DNA of 64,000 nt from Eledone cirrhosa (lineage: Eukaryota). The stretch's first letter is position 1; each line of letters starts with the position of its first letter. Made by a program: the position numbers and the translations under genes. The notes under the pieces are model-generated. The model ran no database searches. It was not told the origin of the DNA and saw only the letters and a list, made by a program, of their open reading frames with translations. The DNA is taken from positions 21,266,001 through 21,330,000 of the forward strand of contig OZ024746.1 in assembly GCA_964016885.1 (NCBI GenBank), read 5' to 3'. Of this stretch, positions 1-9,928 are shown piece by piece.

Positions 1-74
1 CAATAACATAGATGACTAAGGTAGAGAATGCTGAAAATACCAACTAGAACGCAATGGACCTATATATATATATC

Positions 75-338
75 GTGTAGGTGTCACGAGAAAAAACACA
101 GTCCACGCTGTAATGTGGCCATGTAGGTAACACGGTAAAAAGTTCCCAGTTCCACACTGTAAATGTGGTTGGTATTAGGAAGGGCATCCACCCGTAAAAA
201 ACCTGCCAGATAGTCCTATATGAGCGAGACACGGTCACCCGACCAAACCTTGCCTCAAGTGGGACAACTCCCGTCTAACCCATGCTAGCGTGGAAAGTGG
301 ACGTTAAACGAAGATGATGATGATGATGATGATGATGA
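75..338 (+). mobile_element. RTE family B 3' UTR fragment
   Basis: Matches 34255-34499; GAT tail; follows a (TA)n tract. Confidence 0.85.
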
Positions 339-505
339 AATATAAATAATGTAATATATTGGTTTAAGAGGAATTTGAGATGGTGTGCAGGAGAGAAGAC
401 TGTGTTGGTACATATATGTGATGCACATGGATGATGATTTATGGGTGAAAAAGTGCCAGGAAATGCCAATGGAAGGAAGGCGAGGTAGAGGTAGATTGAG
501 AAAGA

Positions 506-660
506 CTTGTCTTCTTTATAGCAGCTTGTCTACAATAGATGAGTCATTGACTGCCAGAAAGACCAGATATCATACTGAATATCATATCTCTTGGTAGCTA
601 CAACAATTCTACTTTCTTATGTGTCATCCTGCACATGAGAAACCAGAAAAAAAAAGAAGA
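506..660. repeat. Segmental duplicate of 15394-15557
   Basis: CTTGTCTTCTTTATAGCAGC..GAGAAACCAGAAAAA nearly identical at both sites. Confidence 0.92.
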
Positions 661-1032
661 AAATATATATATATATATCATTATCGTCGTCATTTTACGT
701 CTGATTTTCCCTGCTTGCAAGGGTCGGATGCGTCCTATTCAGCACAGCATCTCTCCACTTGTCACAGTCCTTCGTCATTTCCTCCATGAGTTTCAGTGAT
801 CTGAGATCTGCTTTCACCACCTCCACCCATGTTTTTCGTGGTCTACCTCTACTATTAACAAAATAGCCTCCAACATCATGAAAAACAGGACCACAGGAGT
901 TGAGTTCAAATCCCACTGATGTCAACTTAGAGATTTATGCATTTAAAGATGGATAAAATAAATCTCCTATCATGTATTAAGTTTTATATCTGCATATATG
1001 TATCTGTATGTATGTGTATATATGTATGTGTA

Positions 1033-1341
1033 TATATACATATATATGAATATAATTGTTTATACTTTTGGCACAAGGCCAGCAATTACCCAGTACAATA
1101 CTGGTACTTTATTTTATCGACCCCATAAGGATGAAAGGCAATAACATAGATGACTAAGGTAGAGAATGTTGGAAATACCAACTAGAATGCAATGAACCTA
1201 TATATATATATATATATATATAAATGTTTCTACTTTTGGCACAAGGCCAGCAATTAACCAGTGCATTACTGGTACTTTATTTTATCGACCCCGTAAGGAT
1301 GAAAGGCAAAGTCAACCTCGGCGGGATTTGCACTCAGATCG
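1033..1341 (-). mobile_element. Two truncated Meta-domain-like SINE copies (1033-1140, 1222-1341)
   Basis: GGCACAAGGCCAGCAATTA..GGTACTTTATTTTATCGACCCC family motif. Confidence 0.85.
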
Positions 1342-1399
1342 TATATATATATATATATATAAATAATGTAATATATTGGTTTAAGAGGAATTTGAGATG

Positions 1400-1661
1400 G
1401 TGTGCAGGAGAGAAGACTGTGTTGGTACATATATGTGATGCACATGGATGATGATTTATGGGTGAAAAAGTGCCAGGAAATGCCAATGGAAGGAAGGCGA
1501 GGTAGAGGTAGATTGAGAAAGATTTGGGCAGAGGTGGTGGGAGCTGACCTCAAATTGCTGAGACTCAGAGGAAGGAATGCTGTGAGTAGAGAGATGCTGG
1601 GCTGAGAAGGATTGTCCAACCCATGCAAGTGTGGAAAACCAAACGTAAAAATGATGATGAT
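1400..1661 (+). mobile_element. Older RTE 3' fragment (partial paralog at 383-504)
   Basis: Translates VQERRLCWY..VMHMDDD..VKKC..EGRRGRGRLRK.W; GAT tail. Confidence 0.8.
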
Positions 1662-2638
1662 AGTTATATATATATATCTCCTCATCATATATCCTTGTTT
1701 AACATCTATTCTACCATGCCTGTATGGGTTAGATGAGACAAATCAGGTCTGGAGACCATGTCATGCTCATATGAATCTGTATCATAGCTTGGTTTCTATG
1801 GCTTGATGCCCTTGATGCCAACTATATTATTGTGTCGACTAGATGATTTTATTGTTACACAAAAAAATAGCCTCTTGGACTGGGCACTTTATGTTGTGTC
1901 ATCGGCACAACTACCTTCCATGGTGGACTGGGTGCTTATCTTTTTCTTGTTCACCACCACAAACTCTTTAGTGGATTGACTGTATGTTCATATATAAGAA
2001 CAGCCAGCTATAGATGATATCAAAAGCATTGAACTGAAGGTGATAGAAAAGGTATTCAACCATAATGATATGGAAGGCATCAAACAAAGAAGTTGTTTTT
2101 AAGGCATGACAATCTCTCTTGTATGTTGATATACAAAATAAAGGCACCCAGTACACTCTGAAAAGGGGTGATAGGAATGGCAACTGGCCATAGAAAACCT
2201 GCCAAACAAAGGGTGAAGAAGCCTCTTCATTTATTCCACAGACATGATAACTTCCCTAGTGTTACATTCCATAGAGTCTGAAATCAACCCACAGTAAAAT
2301 TAACCAAGCATCTTGTTAGCTTTTTGTACAGAATGGCCTCAAATATAAGATTACCTAATTGTTTACTGTGCTTTTGTATTCTGATGAGATATGAGCCTAT
2401 TGATGTTTGCATATAAATTTGTCAATGTGATGATTATGTACATGTCTATATATCAATCCGTTTTTATCTCTGTTTTTCCATCTATCTCTCTATCTCCTAT
2501 TTAACTATATCCATCTTTCTTACTAAGATTTTTAGTTACTTCTTATTTTTTTCTATTTATATCTCCTGCATGCTTTAATTCTATGTTTATATTTTTTTCT
2601 CATTTAGGTTTGTTTGCATCGGAGATTAAAGCAGACAA

Positions 2639-2725
2639 ATGTCGGGAAAGACCATATCTATATGTTTCCTGTTGCTATGGTTCCTGGTGGGGCTCGTACA
2701 GAGTTGGCCCCATGTCAAACCAAAG
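2639..2725 (+). CDS. First coding exon of a secreted or membrane host protein (signal peptide MSGKTISICFLLLWFLVGLVQS-WPHVKPK); exon 2608-2725
   Basis: Polypyrimidine tract + ttag acceptor ending 2607; ATG at 2639 in acaaATGt context; 29 open codons with basic N-region, hydrophobic core and VQS| cleavage-like site; AAG|gtaggt donor at 2726 (phase 0). No downstream exons identified. Confidence 0.7.
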
Positions 2726-2769
2726 GTAGGTGCATTTTAACATAAGCATTTTCTGTTATCATTATCAAG

Positions 2770-3070
2770 GGGCAGTGGTTTGGCTGTAATGGTAGTGTTG
2801 GACAACATGCTTTGCAGCTTATAGTGATGGCCCTTTACATTCTGAGTTCAAATCCTGGCACAGTAAGCTTTGCCTTTCATCCTTATGGGTTCGATAAACT
2901 AAAACACCAGTAATGCACTGAGGTCAATATTATCGACTTTCTTCTTCCCAAAAATTGCTGCCTAAATCAGAAACCATTCTTTGCCTTTCATCCTTACGGG
3001 GTCGATAAAATAAAGTACCAGTAATGCACTGGGATAATTGTAGGCCCTGTGCCAAAAGTAGAAAATTATT
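2770..3070 (+). mobile_element. Meta-domain-like SINE plus adjoining truncated copy
   Basis: B box GAGTTCAAATCC; two GCCTTTCATCCTTA central domains. Confidence 0.8.
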
Positions 3071-3086
3071 AATATTACCATCATCC

Positions 3087-3922
3087 TCTGGCGTCACGCA
3101 GTAATACAGAGTACCCGACCTCCCATGGGTACAAGCTGAAGCATATAGACAATATGCCCCCACACCCCCCACTGCAAAGTGGTCGTGGAGGTGCCACGGC
3201 AAAAAAGCACCCAGCACTCACTGTAAAGTGGACATGTAGGTGCCACAAAAAAGCACCCAGCCCACACTGTAAAGTGGACATGTAGGCGCCACGAAAAAGC
3301 ACCCAGCACTCACTGTAAAGTGGACATGTAGGTGCCACAAAAAAGCACCCAGCCCACACTGTAAAGTGGACATGTAGGCGCCACAAAAAAGCACCCAGCA
3401 CTCACTGTAAAGTGGACATGTAGGCGCCACAAAAAAGCACCCAGCCCACACTGTAAAGTGGACATGTAGGCGCCACAAAAAAGCACCCAGCACTCACTGT
3501 AAAGTGGACGTGTAGGCGCCACAAAAAAGCACCCAGCCCACACTGTAAAGTGGACATGTAGGTGCCACAAAAAAGCACCCAGCACTCACTGTAAAGTGGA
3601 CGTGTAGGCGCCACAAAAAAGCACCCAGCCCACACTGTAAAGTGGACGTGTAGGCGCCACAAAAAAGCACCCAGCCCACACTGTAAAGTGGACGTGTAGG
3701 CGCCACAAAAAAGCACCCAGCCCACACTGTAAAGTGGACGTGTAGGCGCCACGAAAAAGCACCCCGCACTCACTGTAAATGAGGTTGGTGTAAGGAAGAG
3801 CATCCAGCTGTATAAATCAAGCCAAATCAGTTCCTAAATGAGCAAGGCATGGTCAGCCCACAACAGAACAACCCGTCTAACCCATGCTAGCGTGGAAGAA
3901 CGGACGTAAAACGGTGATGATG
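3087..3922 (+). mobile_element. RTE family A-related 3' fragment with expanded internal minisatellite
   Basis: Starts TCTGGCGTCACGCAGTAATACAG (ORF end), ends GGACGTAAAACGGTGATGATG. Confidence 0.9.
3221..3772. repeat. 12 x 46 bp tandem repeat inside the RTE 3' UTR
   Basis: CTGTAAAGTGGAC(A/G)TGTAGG(C/T)GCCAC(A/G)AAAAAGCACCCAGC(ACT/CCA)CA recurring every 46 bp from 3221 to 3727. Confidence 0.95.
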
Positions 3923-4916
3923 TTTATCACCATCAATGATATTTTCCTCAGCATCATTATTGCCATTATTATCCTCTTTATCCCCATTATCATCATCATT
4001 ATGGAATTGCCAATTTTATCAACTCTAATTTTACTAAATATTCCAGTGTCTCTTTCCCTGTCCATCTTCCATCTTTATTACTCAGAAGATGGATATAATT
4101 TTAGTACAAAACAATTAATGAACATATATTATGAGTCATAAACTTCTAGTGATTATTTACTACTTACCACACCCCGCACTTCATTGTCTCAGTAGAATGG
4201 TGAATGCATTAACCATTAACCCCAGAGAATAAATAGCAATAGAGATATGCTGAAAAAGCCAGACTAGCTTGCAGAGTTTATACTTATAGATGACCATCTC
4301 AATCCCAATTGCAGTATGTAGGGAGTTGGTTCAGGGACCTAGATTGCTAGATACCTCCATCGCTATGGATACCACAATAAGCCTATTGCTGAGAGAATGG
4401 GTCAGGTTGGGTCAACACAGTTTTTCAGTTTATTACTCATCAGTTTATCATCAGCACAATAAATTTTTTTTTTATTATCACCATCACTACCATCATCCTG
4501 TCATCCTCTTCATCATCATTATCAACAACAACATCAATTTTGTATTTGTGAAAACCACAACTAACATTATTTTCATTATCAATATCATCATTATTAACAT
4601 TATCACCATTCACACTATCATCATAACACAATATATAACACAATATAGAAACCAGTTATGAAATATTTTAATATTTTACTATTTTCATTCATTCCTTCAT
4701 TCAAAACTCTTCCTTCCTTCTCAAAGGTTGCTGTATAATGGAGATTGCTGAGGTTTTCTTTCTCTTTTTTTATGTTATTTAATCACTACTACTACTACTA
4801 CTGTTTTTTGTTTTATATGATATTTTATTAGTCTAACACTCCTCTCCACACTACCACATACACTATAGAGAAACAACCACTACACACACAGACACAGACA
4901 CACAGACACACATACA

Positions 4917-4970
<54 letters not shown>

Positions 4971-5371
4971 AAATGAACACCAAACACCTCCATATATCAC
5001 CTTTATTCCCTCCCTCTTCCACTCATTCTAATACTAAAGCAACACCACTATTACCCCTAAGCAATAAGCATTAAATCACCACTGTCACCACCACTATCAC
5101 CACTATCACCACTGTCACCACCACCACTATCACCACTGTCACCACCACCACTATCACCACTGTCACCACCACTACCACTATCACCACCACCACCAACAAT
5201 ACACTTCCACTTTGTACATCATAACTAACAACAGTTATAACTAAACTAATAAAACTACATGAAACGAATAAAAATAACTACTAATAAACACTGAGCCTCC
5301 ATCAAATGTCACCTCCCTCCCCCCTAACAACAACAACCACAAACTAATGAAGAACAGCAAGGACCAATGAA

Positions 5372-5825
5372 CACCAATCACCACACCAACTGTCACTTCT
5401 TCCTTCATTCTTACCACCACCACCACCATCACCACACCAACTATCACCCCCTCCTCCATTCTTACCACCACCACCACCATCACCACACCAACTGTCACCC
5501 CCTCCTTCATTCTTACCACTACCACCACCACCATCACCACACCAACTGTCACCCCCTCCTTCATTCTTACCACTACCACCACCACCATCACCACACCAAC
5601 TGTCACCCCCTCCTCCATTCTTACCACTACCACCACCACCATCACCACACCAACTGTCACCCCCTCCTTCATTCTTACCACTACCACCACACCAACTGTC
5701 ACCCCCTCCTTCATTCTTACCACCACCATCACCATGCTAACTATCACCCCCTCCCTCATTCTTACTACTATCACCACCATCACCACACCAACTATCACCC
5801 CTCCTTCATTCTTACTACTATCACC
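5372..5825. repeat. CAC-rich minisatellite, ~9 units of 42-54 bp
   Basis: ACCAACTGTCACCCCCTCCTTCATTCTTACCAC.. recurring at 5385, 5436, 5487, 5541, 5595, 5649, 5691, 5736 and 5787. Confidence 0.9.
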
Positions 5826-6228
5826 AACATCAATAATGCCAGCAAGGAAAATACTAGTAGAAATAGCAGCCACATATCCCTGAAATCACACATTACCCTT
5901 TTTTTAAAAAAAAGAACACACTGGATAATGTAGTTATAGGTTTTCTGCATGTAAGATAAAGATGGGATGGTCATACCTGGAACGATTTTGATCATAGGAT
6001 ACTTGAGCATTGCTGATCTCACCATCAATAACTAAAAGCCAAGAAATAAACTTTCTATGTAAACTTCAAATAGAAGACAATTCTCACTTAGAACACAAAC
6101 AAAACATCTTAAACAAACAAAGCATTTAAACAGGCTGTATCTGGTCAGAATTCTCTCACATCTTTCTGTTCAAACCGGCTGTAACCGGCCACTCATACTG
6201 AGGTTAAGGTATTGTTCTCAAAATAAAT

Positions 6229-6535
6229 AATTGTTTCTACTTTTGACACAAGGCCAGCAATTACCCAGTGCATTACCGGTACTTTATTTTATCGACCCCG
6301 TAAGGATGAAAGGCAAAGTTAACCTCGGCGGGATTTGAACTCAGAATGGCAAGGGCCGTAACTCTGTACTGCAAAGCATGGCGTCCGACCCTCCACCGTT
6401 ACTGCCAATCCACTATAGATTCGATATAATTGTTTCTAATTTTGGCACAAGGCCAGCAATTACTCAGTGCATTACTGGTACTTTATTTTATCGACCCCAT
6501 AAGGATGAAAAGCAAAGTAAACCTCGGCAGGATTT
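6229..6535 (-). mobile_element. Two tandem Meta-domain-like tRNA SINE copies
   Basis: Sense strand has B box GAGTTCAAATCCC, central GCCTTTCATCCTTACGGGGTCGATAAAATAAAGTACC and 3' end GAAACAATTA. Confidence 0.85.
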
Positions 6536-6750
6536 ATTCGATATAATGTGAGATAAATATGTGAGGTAAAGCCTTTACTGTGAAAATATAATAGTAAGTA
6601 TGGAGTAATGTAAATGCTAAAGAACAATGCAGTGGATAATAGGGTCTCTGTTATACAAAAGGATTTGCTGGCACAGCTGAAATACCTTTGATCAGTTTAG
6701 AAATAAACAACAACAGCACTAACTGCAGAACCTCATTATTGCTATGCCAC

Positions 6751-6918
6751 CGGTAGAGGGTTGGACACCATGCTTTGACGCATAGAGTTACGGCCCTTTC
6801 CAATCTGAGTTCAAATCCCGCCAAGGTTAACTTTGCCTTTCATCCTTACGGGGTCGATAAAATAAAGTACCAGTAATACACTGGGATAATTGCTGGCCTT
6901 GTGCCAAAAGTAGAAACA
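6751..6918 (+). mobile_element. Meta-domain-like SINE with 16 bp TSD
   Basis: TSD ATTATTGCTATGCCAC at 6735-6750 and 6919-6934. Confidence 0.9.
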
Positions 6919-7654
6919 ATTATTGCTATGCCACTGATCTTTGAATTCTCTGCCAGAGTTTGCCACTTGCTGGTGAGCTGACAAATCAGGCTGGCTGATT
7001 GGCTGACTGGTGGTGAGAGCTCTGACTTGTTGCTAAGCAACAGGTGCCATAATGAAAACCACAGTGGCTGCTGTATGTACTAACTACTTCTATCCAGGAT
7101 AATGTGGATAATACATGACCCAAACTGCTGTGCAGTAATCCAGTGGTGGCTACAGAGGCAGAGATAGCTGTGGTGCTATCTCTTTCTCTCTCTCTCCCTT
7201 TCTCTGTAAGATGGGTGGGAATAGATTTTGTTGTTAGAGAGAAAGAGAGAGAGAGAGAGAGAGTGACAGAGAGACAGAGATAGACACATAAAGAGATGAT
7301 AGATAGATAAAGAGAGAGATGGATGGATAGATAGATAAATAGATAGATAGATAGTGAGTGAGTAGAGAAAGTAATGGTTTGAATACAAACCGGTTGCCAA
7401 GGAAACTTTGAAAAAGGGAACTAGTATTAGCAACATTGATTTGTACCATAGACATGGGAAAAGATGGCGCATTTTCTAAGTTACTTGGGGGGGGGGGGGG
7501 TAAGGGTAAGGGCATCAGACTAGATAAAAAGAAAGAAGGATACTGTTGCCTCGGAAACCTCACTCTAACTAGTAAACATGTATTGTATTATAATCATGAC
7601 TAAGCATCGTGTATTCATCATCACCCTCATCATAACTTTCATCATTATTATGAT

Positions 7655-7733
7655 TTCATCCTTACGGGGTCGATAAAATAAAGTACCAGTAATGTACTGG
7701 TGAATTGCTGGCCTTGTGCCAATAGTAGAAACA
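7655..7733 (+). mobile_element. 5'-truncated Meta-domain-like SINE with TSD
   Basis: TSD ATTATTATGAT at 7644 and 7734. Confidence 0.85.
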
Positions 7734-8002
7734 ATTATTATGATCAGCATCATCCTCCCCACCACCGTCATCATAATTGCCATCATTATCACTAGCCTCA
7801 TCATTATTACTGACAATCTGGGAAAACTAAATTGATGCTGATAGCAAGGTTTACTTTTGACAAGGACTGGATATATGTCTAAATATATGATTAAATGTGG
7901 AACTTAGCTGATATCTATAAATGTTTATAAATGACTAAACCTATGTCTATGTGTCAGTGTCAGTGTGTTTTCAATGTACATATATGCATATATATATATA
8001 TA

Positions 8003-8353
8003 GGAAGGCACATGGAGGCACATGGCTTAGTAGTTAGAGCATTGGCCTTGCAATCGAAAGGTTGTGAGTTCAATTCTCAGACCGGGTGATGTGTCGTTTC
8101 CTTGAGCAAGACACTTTATTTCACATTGCTCCAGTTTACTCAGCTGTAGAAATGAAATGATAGGGACTGGGGTCCCTATCATTCCACTGCAAAGTGGTCG
8201 TGGAGGTGCCACAGCAAAAAAGCACCCAGCACTCACTGTAAATGAGGTTGGTGTTAGGAAGGGGATCCAGCTGTAGAAATCAAGCCAGAATCAGTTCCCG
8301 TCCCACCCTTGCAAGCAGGGAAAAGTGGACGTAAAATGATGATGATGATGATG
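8003..8353 (+). mobile_element. tRNA-derived CORE-type SINE with RTE family A 3' tail
   Basis: A box TGGCTTAGTAG, B box GAGTTCAATTC, CORE-like CCTTGAGCAAGACACTT..CTCCAGTTTACTCAGCTGTA, then a tail shared with the RTE 3' UTR and (GAT)n. Confidence 0.85.
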
Positions 8354-8654
8354 AACAAGTATGACCTCGACGGCAGAGCTCAAGCCGTTTCGACGGCTAA
8401 TTCTGGACTTCATTATATATATATATATTATATATATATATATAAAGAATTGAAAAAGAGAGAGAGAGAGTTAGGCTGTGTGGTTACCAATAAATGTTAT
8501 TTAGAAAATGTGTGTGAAAACACAAGGACAATTACTGCTCATCGGTGGTCTTCTGTGGATCACTAAAGTTTTGGATGCGAACTTTAGTGATCCTAAGAAG
8601 ACAGCTGATATGCAGTAATTGTCTTTGTGTTTGTGTTTTCCCTCATGTTTTCTA

Positions 8655-8702
<48 letters not shown>

Positions 8703-9421
8703 ATTGAAAACACACAAACATATATAGTGAAAAGTTGATGTTCGATGGCTGTATGCGAGTTATGCTGAATCTCCCTGAGAAATATGTCGAGAGAGCATGA
8801 GACAATGGATATGCTAGTGTCATGAGCCAGCAGTTTCATTGTTCGAACAACTGGAACACTCATTGCTGGCACAAAATAAGGTCCAAACTAAATGCACCAA
8901 GTACACTCTGTAAAGCAGTTGGTAAAAGGAAGGGCTTCAAGCTATAGAAAATATGCCAAACAAAGGATTGAGAGGACTATTCAGTTGTGTCAAAGATATG
9001 ACAACCTATACAAAATAAGTGCACCCATTACACTCTGTAAAGTAGTTGCGGAATGGAAGGGCATGAAGCTATAGAAAATCTGCCAAACAAAAAGAGTTGT
9101 GAGGCCTCATCAGATGTATTAAAGACATGACAACCTCCCTAATACAGGTGCTATGTCAAAAGGCACTTGGTTGAAGACAGGGATATATGTAAACAAGATA
9201 TAGGGAAGATATAGGGCCCCAACCAAACTGAGAGGTTGGGAGCTCCACTTTAATACTGACTTGGTTTGTGACAAACTATCCAAACTATGGTAGCAGAGAA
9301 CATGGATATCAAATGACGATTATGATGATATATTTATATATATATATACATACCTGTAACTATAGTTACACACATACCTATTATATATACATTTCTCACT
9401 CTTAGTACGGCTGTTACTTAA

Positions 9422-9833
9422 ATATAAGTATGTATACGTACATACATATATGTATACAGACGTACAGTAGTATGTATATATATATACATACATGCACACA
9501 TATATATATATGTACGTATAGATTCACCGAACATTTATTATAATGCTCGGTGTGTTTGTAAACAAACATCCCGAATTAAACCGTACAGTGTCTAGCAACC
9601 ATCGTTGCCCTTTTGTTCAACACTGACATGCAAATTAGGCTGCTCAGCCGTTAATATGCATAAGGAAAGTATATACTTTCAGACGTTCAACCATCTGGCA
9701 GGAAGGTATACGTTGCTGACGATAGCTAATAAGCTTGAAACTAGTACAGCGTTCCTTTGTCAGTGTTGAACAAATGAGCAACGATGGTTGCTAGACACTG
9801 TACGGCTTAATTGTGTGCATATATGTGTGCATG

Positions 9834-9875
<42 letters not shown>

Positions 9876-9928
9876 CATACTACTGTACGTCTGTATACAT
9901 ATGTGTATGTACGTATGCATACTTATAT
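9422..9928. mobile_element. Nested foldback / MITE-like element
   Basis: Outer inverted arms ~9422-9510 / 9818-9928; inner ~55 bp arms 9574-9628 / 9758-9812 bounded by TTAA. Confidence 0.7.

Noticed and set aside
3221-3772. CRISPR-like array and multiple overlapping ORFs
   Set aside because: Spacer-less minisatellite; the ORFs are repeat translations of a LINE 3' UTR.
5241-5873. Val-rich 210-aa membrane protein on the minus strand
   Set aside because: Translation of the GTG-rich strand of a minisatellite.
8003-8090. tRNA gene
   Set aside because: A and B boxes belong to a SINE head; continues into CORE-like body and LINE tail.
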